A stretch of 32,000 nt of DNA from Acholeplasma laidlawii PG-8A (lineage in GTDB: Bacteria; Bacillota_I; Bacilli_A; Acholeplasmatales; Acholeplasmataceae), in the NCBI RefSeq assembly GCF_000018785.1, contig NC_010163.1, positions 1,290,001 to 1,322,000 of the forward strand. Direction: 5' to 3'. Under the pieces are notes generated by a model. That model was given only the letters and a program-made list of their open reading frames with translations. It did not search any database and was not told where the DNA came from. Shown here piece after piece: positions 20,059 through 28,676 of the stretch. A program made the position numbers and the translations under genes. Every line of letters begins with the position of its first letter. Positions within the stretch are counted from its first letter, which is position 1.

Positions 20059-21903
20059 TTAAAATTTTGACTTTAATAACCTGCTAAGTTTGCTATCCAT
20101 ACAATAAATATATATACCCTTCATTCCTCTTTTCATTAGAACATTATATGTATTTCTTATGATCAAATCAATTTGATCTAAATCTTCAATTAAGGGTGAG
20201 CGTCTACCATGTCGTCTAAAATGACCAGCATTCATAGGATGCTTAGTATAATCAGTTTGAACTTGACCTTTTAAAGGGTTATATATTAAATCATCACCTA
20301 TAATTAATCCTATATAATCAAACTCTAATCCTTGAACTGTATCAATATGACCCACTCGATATTTTTGACTTTCATCTGCGCTAAATGTAGTGTCTTTATT
20401 CCATTGTAACGATAATCCATTTATTTTTATATCAAATAATGTTGAATCATCCTTTGAAACCCAATCAAAGACATCTCCTGCCAACATTCTACTATGAGGA
20501 GTTTCTTCAATCTTTTTCATAATTGCTTCATGCCAATCTTGAATATTATCAAAAACTTTGACTTCATATTCTAAGTCCTTGTTTACTATAACTTCCTCAT
20601 TATATAAAATACTTTCAACTGCATTAATATATTCATCATTGCCTGAACATCTAAACTGAGAACTAAGCCTTAAATTTTCATCATCATAAACGTGTGCACC
20701 AAGTTTTTTTGCAGTATGAGTAATACGCTCTATAGTAGCATAATCTCTTATATCAACTTGTTGTTTTTCATCAATAAAAAATATTGAAACTTTTGTGGAA
20801 TCAATAATTTCTTTAATTAAATCTTCTCCTAAAAGTATATTTCCAGATTTTGATCTTTTTGGTAACCTATGTGCTTCATCAACAACTAAACATTCATATT
20901 GATCCTTTGGTCGATCTCTTGATATTTTAATTGTTGAAAGAAAAAGCGTTTTTAAATGTGTATTTTCTCTGCCAGATAACTTTTTACTATAAACATTTCT
21001 AACAGCTGAGTTTTTAGTTACATAAAAAGCTAGTTTTTTGTTTTGAATAAATTCATTTAGTATTTTAACTGCAATAACACTTTTACCTGTTCCAGCACCA
21101 CCTCTAACAATAAAAACTTGTTTTTGGTTATTGCCTTCATTATCCCTAATCGCTTTAATGACATTTTGGTAGCAAATCTCTTGTTTATCCAATAGTGTAA
21201 ATACTTTATTATTGGATAGTTCGCTGGATAAACTATCCATAAGCATTTGTGCTGGAATTATTTTTGAATTTTCAATTTGATATAGTAATTGGTTATGATA
21301 TGCTTTAGAAACATGCATTTTTATAAAATTTGCAAGTCTTTGATTATCTTTTGCCGCAAATACTGGTGATTTTTCCAGAAATTCATTATAAAAATCATCT
21401 TTGATATCACTATCTTCATATAGATTATGCAAATAAGAACATGAAGAGACTTGTATATTTTCCTCAGTGATGTTTTGGTTATATGCTTCTAAATTTAGTT
21501 TGTATGTATATGCTTGGTATGAAGGGTGGAGTGCATCTTGACCATATCTTGTATCATCTGCATTGACTAGTCTACTTTTATTTGTTTTAGATACAGCACT
21601 CCACCGTTTCATTTCAACTATAATCAATGATTTTTCCAAACGATCATTTAACCCTGCGATTAAAAAGTCAATTCGATTATTAGTGATCGGAATTTTTAAT
21701 TCCATGCCAATTTCAATATCACCATCTAACCCTGCTAGTTCAAGAATATTTTTCATGTATACTGCAGCATCTTTCCATGCACTTTGTTCTGACTTACCAG
21801 CGTTAAGTTTACTGGAGATTTTTGTCATGATTTGATTATTCAAAACATCTTGATTAAATTGCTTAATCGACTCATTATATGCTAACATCCCTTGTCCCCA
21901 CAA
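20059..21903 (-). CDS. DUF2075-type (Schlafen group 3-like) helicase/ATPase with putative N-terminal nuclease-like domain
   Basis: Walker A VFIVRGGAGTGKSVIAVKIL, ECLVVDEAHRLP, FFIDEKQQV, LSSQFRCSGNDEYI, GHIDTVQGLEFDYIGLIIGDDL; N-terminal RIDFLIAGLNDRLEKSLIIVEMKRW (D-x(n)-E-x-K). Confidence 0.85.
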   Translation of the reverse strand: MWGQGMLAYNESIKQFNQDVLNNQIMTKISSKLNAGKSEQSAWKDAAVYMKNILELAGLDGDIEIGMELKIPITNNRIDFLIAGLNDRLEKSLIIVEMKRWSAVSKTNKSRLVNADDTRYGQDALHPSYQAYTYKLNLEAYNQNITEENIQVSSCSYLHNLYEDSDIKDDFYNEFLEKSPVFAAKDNQRLANFIKMHVSKAYHNQLLYQIENSKIIPAQMLMDSLSSELSNNKVFTLLDKQEICYQNVIKAIRDNEGNNQKQVFIVRGGAGTGKSVIAVKILNEFIQNKKLAFYVTKNSAVRNVYSKKLSGRENTHLKTLFLSTIKISRDRPKDQYECLVVDEAHRLPKRSKSGNILLGEDLIKEIIDSTKVSIFFIDEKQQVDIRDYATIERITHTAKKLGAHVYDDENLRLSSQFRCSGNDEYINAVESILYNEEVIVNKDLEYEVKVFDNIQDWHEAIMKKIEETPHSRMLAGDVFDWVSKDDSTLFDIKINGLSLQWNKDTTFSADESQKYRVGHIDTVQGLEFDYIGLIIGDDLIYNPLKGQVQTDYTKHPMNAGHFRRHGRRSPLIEDLDQIDLIIRNTYNVLMKRGMKGIYIYCMDSKLSRLLKSKF

Positions 21904-22120
21904 TCTTGTTTATAACATATGCGATTTTAAATTCGTTAATGATATTGTATCATTTAAATGTATGATATGAACTTTTTATGAAAAACATGCCTAAAAGTTA
22001 ACTGTAATAACATCTAAAGTAAGTTTTTTTATACAAACGACTTTTTTGTAAATCTATCATAATACCATGTAGCAGTCATTAATTATCTCTTTTATACCTC
22101 TTGGAGCCTAAAAACAAAAA

Positions 22121-22154
22121 AACATCTATTCAGTTTATCTCCTGAATAGATGTT
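22121..22154 (-). terminator. Terminator hairpin (copy 1 of a repeated sequence)
   Basis: AACATCTATTCAG-tttatctc-CTGAATAGATGTT, 13-bp stem, T-run on the minus 3' side. Confidence 0.9.
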
Positions 22155-22187
22155 ACCTTGATAGATCATTTCATACTTGCGTCTTGG

Positions 22188-22706
22188 TTATTTTATTAGT
22201 AATTCTAAATATTCTCTTAACTTTTCTTCCGGATGATAACAGACTTTATAATTATCTTCACAAACAAGTAACTCATTACAAAATAGACCCGCATGTCTTT
22301 GTTCAATAGAGTCTGGATGATATCCATCAGTGCCTAATATATGATCTACCATTTCTACTGCTTTATTTAATCTCGCAACTAAAGTTCTATGCTTAGTTTT
22401 GTTAAATGAAAATGATTCAGGTCGTCTATCAACATAGGCTCCTATTGCATCTAATGGTATACCAGCATCCATCATAGCGTTCATTACACCAACACTGATC
22501 ATGGGATAGAGTTCTTTAATGTGACTTTTCTTTAATCCATAGAATACAACTGTAAATCTTGATAGGTCATGCATTAATACGAGTAGATTCTTTCCACTTC
22601 GTTTTAAAAAGTGCGCATGCCAAGCATACATATCATTATCTGTGTCATGTTCTGTAATTTTCGGTTTAAAATAATCTAGCGTTGCTTTTGTACATTGTAT
22701 GTGCAC
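22188..22706 (-). CDS. DUF6933-like hypothetical protein
   Basis: MHIQCTKATLDYFKPKI...YAWHAHFLKRSGKNLLVLMHDLSRFTVVFYGLK; family name recalled from this pattern. Confidence 0.6.
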   Translation of the reverse strand: MHIQCTKATLDYFKPKITEHDTDNDMYAWHAHFLKRSGKNLLVLMHDLSRFTVVFYGLKKSHIKELYPMISVGVMNAMMDAGIPLDAIGAYVDRRPESFSFNKTKHRTLVARLNKAVEMVDHILGTDGYHPDSIEQRHAGLFCNELLVCEDNYKVCYHPEEKLREYLELLIK

Positions 22707-23050
22707 AGGATATCACCTTAATTCAATTCATTATATCAAAATTATAGATTTCATTGGTAGTTGATAAAAGTTTAAACATAACAAAAATGGCATTCTTTTT
22801 TATTCGAAGTCTATAATTTAGTTCCACACCATCCACCAAAACATACATTCTACCATTAGTACATCACTAATTAAAAACATATACCTCTAATCTCAAATAG
22901 CACTATGAGTAAAAAACACCTACTTCTAAGTAGACGGACTAGGTATTGCAGCTAATGTGAAAATGAAAAGCGTTATACATATAACCTTTCCAAATGTAAT
23001 AACTGAGTTTAAAGTATCAATAACCCTCAATCAATTAACCAATTAAAAAA

Positions 23051-23097
23051 AGGCCTGATACATGGGACGAATGCTCATTCGCTTTTGTATCAAACCA
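23051..23097 (-). terminator. Terminator after cadA
   Basis: Minus-strand GGTTTGATACA...TGTATCAGGCC with internal CGAATG/CATTCG pairing, then TTTTTTT. Confidence 0.75.
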
Positions 23098-23150
23098 TTT
23101 AGTGTTTATATGTGTGATGCTATCTATCCTTTTACAAATTGACACGCTAC

Positions 23151-25331
23151 CTATTTTTTTAGCACCCTCATTGCATTTAGGATTGCTATCAACGAGACAC
23201 CTACATCAGCAATAACGGCTTCCCACATTGTTGCTATTCCAAATGCACCAAGAACTAAGAAGAAAGCTTTAATACCTAATGCTAATATAATGTTTTGCCA
23301 TACAATTTTTCTTGTTCGCCTAGCAATTTTTACCGCAGTTACAATTTTTAATGGCTCATCTGTCATAATAACAATATCTGCTACATCAATTGCGGCATCT
23401 GCACCAAGTCCGCCCATTGCAATCCCGATATCAGCTCTTGCAAGTACTGGTGTATCATTTATACCATCTCCAACAAAGAAGAGCTTACCTCGTTTTGACT
23501 TACTGTTTAAAAGTTCTTCGACTTTATTTAATTTATCTTCAGGAAGTAATTCAGCGTGAATCTCATCTAATCCTAATGCTTTGCCAACACTAGTTGCAAC
23601 AGATTTTTTATCTCCCGTTAGCATTATGGTTTTCTTAACCCCTAATGCTTTCAATAGCTTTATTGCTTCTTTTGAATCTTTTTTTATTTGGTCAGATACA
23701 ACAATATTACCAACATATTTTTTATTAATAGCGATATACAAGATAGACCCTAATGCAGATGATGCTTCAAATGAAATATTTTCTCTTTCCATTAAACGAG
23801 CATTTCCTACTAATACTTCATCACTATTAACCTTAGCTTTTATACCATGACCTGAAACTTCTTTTATATCTGATACAATTTCTTGTTTAATGCTTTTGTT
23901 ATATTCTTTGACAACTGATAAAGCTATTGGATGATTTGAAAAACTTTCAACGTATGCAGTTTTTTCTAACAATTCATCCTTTGAAATATCAATAACCGGA
24001 TTAATTTGGGTCACTTTAAATGATCCTTCAGTTAATGTACCTGTTTTATCAAATACAGCAATCTCTATTTCATTTAGTGCTTCTAAATAGTTTCCACCTT
24101 TTACTAATATTCCATTTTTTGAAGCTGCACCTATCCCACCAAAGAATCCTAATGGTATAGATACAACTAGTGCACAAGGGCATGATATGACTAAGAATAT
24201 TAATGCTCTATATAACCATTCTTCAAATGTTCCAACTTGAAAAATTAGAGGAGGAATTATAGCAAGCAATACCGCTGACAATGTAACAATTGGTGTGTAG
24301 ACTCTTGCAAACTTTGTAATGAAGTTTTCAGTTGGAGCCTTTTTACTTGTAGCATTTTCAACTAACTCTAATACTTTAGCAACTGTAGATTCACTTGCTA
24401 GTTTTGTAACCTTAACTGTAAGTAAACCATTAATATTAATACAACCTGATAATATCTGTTCACCTACAGTCACATTCATAGGGACCGATTCACCTGTTAA
24501 TGCTTTTGTATCCAGTGATGAATCACCATCTATTATTATGCCATCTAAAGGAACTCTTTCACCTGGTTTAATAACAATAATATCATCCACATTTACTTCT
24601 TCAACTTTGATTTCTTGAACCTCATTACCTTTTTTTACATAAGCAACATCCGGTCGTATTGACATAAGTTTTTTAATCGATCTTCTTGATCGATTTACTG
24701 CTATATCCTGGAAGAGTTCTCCTACCTGATAAAATAGCATAACCGCAACAGCTTCAGGATATTCTCCGACAGTAAATGCTCCAATAGTCGCTATAGTCAT
24801 TAAGAAATTTTCATCAAACACTTTTCCCCTTAATATATTTCTAAAAGCTCGAAATACTACTTCTCCTCCTATTAACAGATAGCTTACTATAAACATCGGA
24901 AGATAAAAAATAGATGATTTATTAATAAATAGTACCCCAACAAAGATAAGTATACCTATGATGAGTTTTAACATTTCATGAAGACTTACTCCTTCTTCGT
25001 GGTCATGATCATGATCGTCATTTTTCGCTTTACTCAGTTCACGAATTTTAACACCTGGTTCGATCTTATCTATAATTTTTTGTGTTTTTTGTAAGACTTC
25101 ATTTTTATCAGCTAAGCTTGATAATGATAATATAAGTTTCCCTGATAAATAATCCACTCTCGCTTCTTCTATTCCATCTGTTTTATTCAATTGAATTTCA
25201 ATTTTTGCAGCACAATTAGCACAGTCCAAACCTTCAATTGAACACACAATATTTTCTTCAAATGTTAATTCACTCACTTCTACACCATCCTGTATTTCGC
25301 TTACTCTCGATTTTATCTGCACATTTTTCAC
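23151..25331 (-). CDS. cadA: heavy-metal (Cd/Zn/Co)-translocating P1B-ATPase
   Basis: HMA motif GLDCANCAAKIE, TM motif SCPCALVVSIPLG, FDKTGTLTEG, GDGINDTPVLARADIG; downstream of a CadC-like regulator. Confidence 0.92.
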   Translation of the reverse strand: MKNVQIKSRVSEIQDGVEVSELTFEENIVCSIEGLDCANCAAKIEIQLNKTDGIEEARVDYLSGKLILSLSSLADKNEVLQKTQKIIDKIEPGVKIRELSKAKNDDHDHDHEEGVSLHEMLKLIIGILIFVGVLFINKSSIFYLPMFIVSYLLIGGEVVFRAFRNILRGKVFDENFLMTIATIGAFTVGEYPEAVAVMLFYQVGELFQDIAVNRSRRSIKKLMSIRPDVAYVKKGNEVQEIKVEEVNVDDIIVIKPGERVPLDGIIIDGDSSLDTKALTGESVPMNVTVGEQILSGCININGLLTVKVTKLASESTVAKVLELVENATSKKAPTENFITKFARVYTPIVTLSAVLLAIIPPLIFQVGTFEEWLYRALIFLVISCPCALVVSIPLGFFGGIGAASKNGILVKGGNYLEALNEIEIAVFDKTGTLTEGSFKVTQINPVIDISKDELLEKTAYVESFSNHPIALSVVKEYNKSIKQEIVSDIKEVSGHGIKAKVNSDEVLVGNARLMERENISFEASSALGSILYIAINKKYVGNIVVSDQIKKDSKEAIKLLKALGVKKTIMLTGDKKSVATSVGKALGLDEIHAELLPEDKLNKVEELLNSKSKRGKLFFVGDGINDTPVLARADIGIAMGGLGADAAIDVADIVIMTDEPLKIVTAVKIARRTRKIVWQNIILALGIKAFFLVLGAFGIATMWEAVIADVGVSLIAILNAMRVLKK

Positions 25332-25383
25332 AACTTATGTTTTTTAAATGATATCTATATTCTTTCATTTCTCGCACTCTTTT

Positions 25384-25746
25384 TTATTTATGTAAAAGGT
25401 GATCTAGTCCTTGGCTTATAAGTAACTTAATATGGTCATCATCCAATGAATAATAAACTGTTTTACCATCTTTTCTGTACTTTACTAACCTAGACTGTCT
25501 TAATACTCTTAATTGATGTGATACTGCAGATTGAGATGTATTAATTACATTTGCTAAATCACAAACGCATAACTCAGTTTCCATTAATGCACATATTATT
25601 TTAATACGTGTGGAATCACCGAAGGTCTTAAAAAAATCCGCTAAATTAAATATAAGTTCATCACTTGGTAAACTCTCTTTTGCTTTATTTACCGCTTCAG
25701 GATGTATAATATTTGAAGCACATACATCCATTTCTAAATTTTTCAT
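25384..25746 (-). CDS. ArsR/SmtB family metal-responsive repressor (CadC/CmtR-like)
   Basis: ELCVCDLANVINTSQSAVSHQLRVLRQSRLVKYRKDGKTVYYSLDDDH. Confidence 0.92.
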   Translation of the reverse strand: MKNLEMDVCASNIIHPEAVNKAKESLPSDELIFNLADFFKTFGDSTRIKIICALMETELCVCDLANVINTSQSAVSHQLRVLRQSRLVKYRKDGKTVYYSLDDDHIKLLISQGLDHLLHK

Positions 25747-25766
25747 ATTATTACCTCACACTTTCA

Positions 25767-25784
25767 TATGAACATATGCTCATA
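25767..25784. promoter_or_regulatory. ArsR/SmtB-type operator
   Basis: TATGAACAT|ATGCTCATA, 18-bp palindrome with one mismatched pair, just upstream of the arsR-cadA operon. Confidence 0.7.
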
Positions 25785-25941
25785 CATTCATTATACTTCT
25801 CTTTAAAATTACTGTCAACTGTTTTTTCCGTTTTAAAGTTAGTAAAAATAGCTATGTACTACAAAAATTCATGAATGGTACTCAGTATGGTTACACTATT
25901 TTTGTAAAGTAAAGAAAGTATGCCTTTCTACAATAAAAAAA

Positions 25942-25975
25942 CATCTATTCAGTTTATCTCCTGAATAGATGTTGG
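25942..25975 (-). terminator. Terminator hairpin (copy 2, identical to 22121..22154)
   Basis: AACATCTATTCAGTTTATCTCCTGAATAGATGTT, preceded on plus by AAAAAA (T-run on minus). Confidence 0.9.
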
Positions 25976-25998
25976 CTTTTATTTAATAGTTTTATTTG

Positions 25999-26493
25999 TT
26001 ACTGAGAAACTTGGTTACATATAAAAATTCTATTAGTTTCAGGAAGATATACTAAATAGAAGTATTTATGTCTATTACCACCTCCACCGACGCTATTTAA
26101 TAGTAAAAATTTATAATTTTCATTAAGATCCGGATAAAATTCAGAAGGAATATTTATTTTCCCCGATGAAATACCAAGACCTTCCATTGCATTAATAAAT
26201 GATGTTTCAAAATCATCTTTGCTAATATCATCCCCTATTGTAAACATTGTTTCTGTAAGTTCACTAGTTGTTGTAAAAACATAATAGTGAATGCTGCCAT
26301 CAATATGAACTTTTTTTGAATCATATTCCAGTTTAATACCATTAGGTAAATTAATATTCCACTCATTTTCTAATTGCGATACTTTATATGAAGCGGAATT
26401 AAAATATAGTAATCCTGCAATTATTAAACCACCTATGACTAAAAAACTACCAAGAATAATGACAATTTTTTTGGTTATATTCATATACATCAC
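25999..26493 (-). CDS. hypothetical protein with N-terminal membrane anchor
   Basis: 164 aa, hydrophobic VIILGSFLVIGGLIIAGLLYF followed by a soluble domain. Confidence 0.7.
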   Translation of the reverse strand: MMYMNITKKIVIILGSFLVIGGLIIAGLLYFNSASYKVSQLENEWNINLPNGIKLEYDSKKVHIDGSIHYYVFTTTSELTETMFTIGDDISKDDFETSFINAMEGLGISSGKINIPSEFYPDLNENYKFLLLNSVGGGGNRHKYFYLVYLPETNRIFICNQVSQ

Positions 26494-26780
26494 CTCAAAA
26501 TTTCTTTTATATATATATTATGAAATAGCTGTTATATTGTTGGTAGAGATTTTAGTGGACAATAACACTTCTATTGACTCAATTTAAATATTATTCATCC
26601 AAACATTTAATCTCTTATTTTAATTCATTATACCATGTGTCCCTTAACTTCCACGCTATTCTCCTAAAAAAAATCTCTCCTGGGACACATTCGAAAGAGG
26701 TGCGGAGAGTTTTATTACCTAGATTATATATTTTTTGTAGATTTATGTCAATAAAGATTGTCTATGCAATGACTTTTTGA

Positions 26781-26812
26781 TGTGCGTTTACAATAGAATG
26801 TGTAAACGCACA
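26781..26812. repeat. Perfect 12-bp inverted repeat
   Basis: TGTGCGTTTACA-atagaatg-TGTAAACGCACA. Confidence 0.75.
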
Positions 26813-26842
26813 AAATTAAAGGTCTCGATAAATTGATACATA

Positions 26843-26870
26843 TTGACATTTAAAAACATTAGTATATAAT
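26843..26870 (+). promoter_or_regulatory. Consensus sigma70-type promoter
   Basis: TTGACA - 16 nt - TATAAT. Confidence 0.75.
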
Positions 26871-26876
26871 ATTTGT

Positions 26877-26958
26877 GAGTCCTAGCGACGGGTTGATAGT
26901 CTTGCTACTATCACATACAACTAAAGTCTTTCTCTATAAGAGAAGGACCTTTTTATTT
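26877..26958 (+). ncRNA. Candidate short structured RNA with its own promoter and terminator
   Basis: Hairpin GATAGT-cttgct-ACTATC (26895-26912), terminator GTCTTTCTC-tataa-GAGAAGGAC (26926-26948) plus a T-rich tail; no ORF or tRNA fold seen. Confidence 0.45.
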
Positions 26959-27044
26959 TCCCCCTCCTTGCATTTATGTTTTAACACTACAATATTTATA
27001 GAAGAAGCTATGAACGAATTAAGTTTCGAGTCGTTCTTCTTTTT

Positions 27045-27175
27045 TTACTTATCACTTATACTAATCAACATATCATGATATTCATTCGGTGTACAGCTGA
27101 GTATATTTGATAATTGATCCAGACTTTCATGGCGATTTTTTTCTAATCTTCCAATTTTAAACAAAGTAACACTTA
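27045..27175 (-). pseudogene. Remnant of an XRE/Cro-like regulator
   Basis: Open fragment ...VISVTLFKIGRLEKNRHESLDQLSNILSCTPNEYHDMLISISDK*, truncated upstream by an in-frame stop and lacking a start. Confidence 0.4.
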
Positions 27176-27344
27176 TTACTTCTTATCGATTGTCGATATG
27201 TCATAACTTACTTATAAAATTAAAAAAATTAACAGTGTCTCTGTTTACAACTAAAGTAGTTGTTTTTCTGTTATTATACCTATAACTACTAGTTAGAGTC
27301 CGTTAATCGGTAATTGTAAGTAAATGAGGTTGTTTTCTATAACC

Positions 27345-27590
27345 CTATTTAAAAGAGGATGTATCAGAGATGTTACCTTTAATAAGTTCTTCTGCTAATA
27401 ACGAGTCATCATACCTCATGATATCTGAATATGCTTGTTGTTTGTAGATAAACGGATTAATGGACCCATACCAAATTACTTTATGTTTTTATATATATTT
27501 TCCCATAATAGTCTGTTTATGTGCACTGCTATGATTTTCTAGGACACATGGGTACCACCTTTCATAAATAAAATGCCTCCATATGCTAAA
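27345..27590 (-). pseudogene. Remnant of the C-terminal region of a helicase with PLD-like domain
   Basis: NHSSAHKQTIMGKYIYKN in one frame, then KVIWYGSINPFIYKQQAYSDIMRYDDSLLAEELIKGNISDTSSFK* (27345-27482) in another, resembling the (H)xK...VWYGSIN...IMR..... tail of such proteins. Confidence 0.4.
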
Positions 27591-27804
27591 AGTTGAAATC
27601 GAACCTTTAAAAAAGGATATATTTCTGAGGTCTATACGTTTGTTTTTCTTAAAAATGAAATACCTCTAAGTAGAAACTGTTTGAGTGATAATATTTTTTT
27701 ATTATTTATCCTGTTTACTTTTAGATTACCAGTGTATGTCTCCTAGTATTCAAAAAAAGAACCAATCATTTCTAATTGATTCTACGTGTTTTGACTAATG
27801 ATAC

Positions 27805-28134
27805 TTACTCGGTCAACGATTGCTTGAAGATAATTCCTAGCAAATCACCTGGAACGTCTTGATTAATTTCTAGTCTTAACATCCCTTTGGGAGTTATTTT
27901 ATAACCAATCAATTCTTTTGTATACTCACTAATTAATTTAGCCTCTATATTAACGTAATCCTTAAAAGGTATGATTCGAATAAACTTATTTCCATAATAA
28001 AACGATGGTATGCTTGCCCAAATTCTTTCATCAATTTGTAAATTAGTCTCATAGATTATTTTTCTGATCTTCAAAAATAAGTCTTTAACACCGTTGTTAT
28101 ATTTACTTAATTTTACTTCAATTTCTTCATTCAT
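27805..28134 (-). CDS. DUF1801-like small protein
   Basis: MNEEIEVKLSKYNNGVKDLFLKIRKIIYETNLQIDERIWASIPSFYYGNKFIRIIPFKDYVNIEA. Confidence 0.6.
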   Translation of the reverse strand: MNEEIEVKLSKYNNGVKDLFLKIRKIIYETNLQIDERIWASIPSFYYGNKFIRIIPFKDYVNIEAKLISEYTKELIGYKITPKGMLRLEINQDVPGDLLGIIFKQSLTE

Positions 28135-28526
28135 ATCCGCTCCTAAAATGACATCTTACTATTTACTCATGTTTACTAATCTCTTAGAAAATAGCTGACT
28201 AGCTTATAGATTATTTTTAATACACAGATAAATCCTATCGATTAGACCTAATTTTCTCCATGTGCACTTCCAAAAGATTACATCATAGTCACTATATCAT
28301 AACTTCACTATATTGTTAAATTTTTATTTGGTTTTCATTTACACAAAATATTTTACACTGTGTTTCTAAGGTGATTTATGTACAAAATTTAAATGTTATT
28401 GACAGTTTATTATCATTAATAAATAATGACATAACCTCACTTAATCTTCCTATAGTTTACGAATAATATATTTGGCACACTTACTTCGTTAAACTTATAA
28501 AACTTGTACATTTTTAACATAAAAGA

Positions 28527-28565
28527 AATGCCATTCACACCTTGAATTAACGTGTGTATGGCATT
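28527..28565 (-). terminator. Hairpin, probable terminator of the 28677 gene
   Basis: AATGCCAT-t-CACAC ... GTGTG-t-ATGGCATT. Confidence 0.55.
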
Positions 28566-28676
28566 ATGTCACTAAATGTATACTTGCTGTAGTGTTCTTG
28601 CTATAAGGTTTCTAGTTCTTTCCACTTCTTACAGCCTTTCACTACTGTTATTTAACCTATAATAAACGAAAGATTT

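Noticed and set aside
22707-23050. Short hydrophobic open stretch on the minus strand (TLNSVITFGKVICITLFIFTLAAIPSPST)
   Set aside because: Too short, followed by several stops, no start or recognisable family.
23290-24618. Plus-strand ORFs opposite cadA
   Set aside because: Antisense shadows of the conserved P-type ATPase reading frame.
26540-26740. Possible insertion-sequence ends (repeated ATGTGTCCC and a CTCTCC/GGAGAG hairpin)
   Set aside because: No transposase, no clear matching terminal inverted repeats or target duplication could be shown.
26574-26780. Plus-strand ORF of 68 aa
   Set aside because: No RBS or family resemblance; overlaps a hairpin (CTCTCC...GGAGAG) in a decayed region.
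26840-27270. CRISPR array or tracrRNA
   Set aside because: No regularly spaced direct repeats and no cas genes anywhere in the window; the shared 12-mer occurs only twice at irregular positions.
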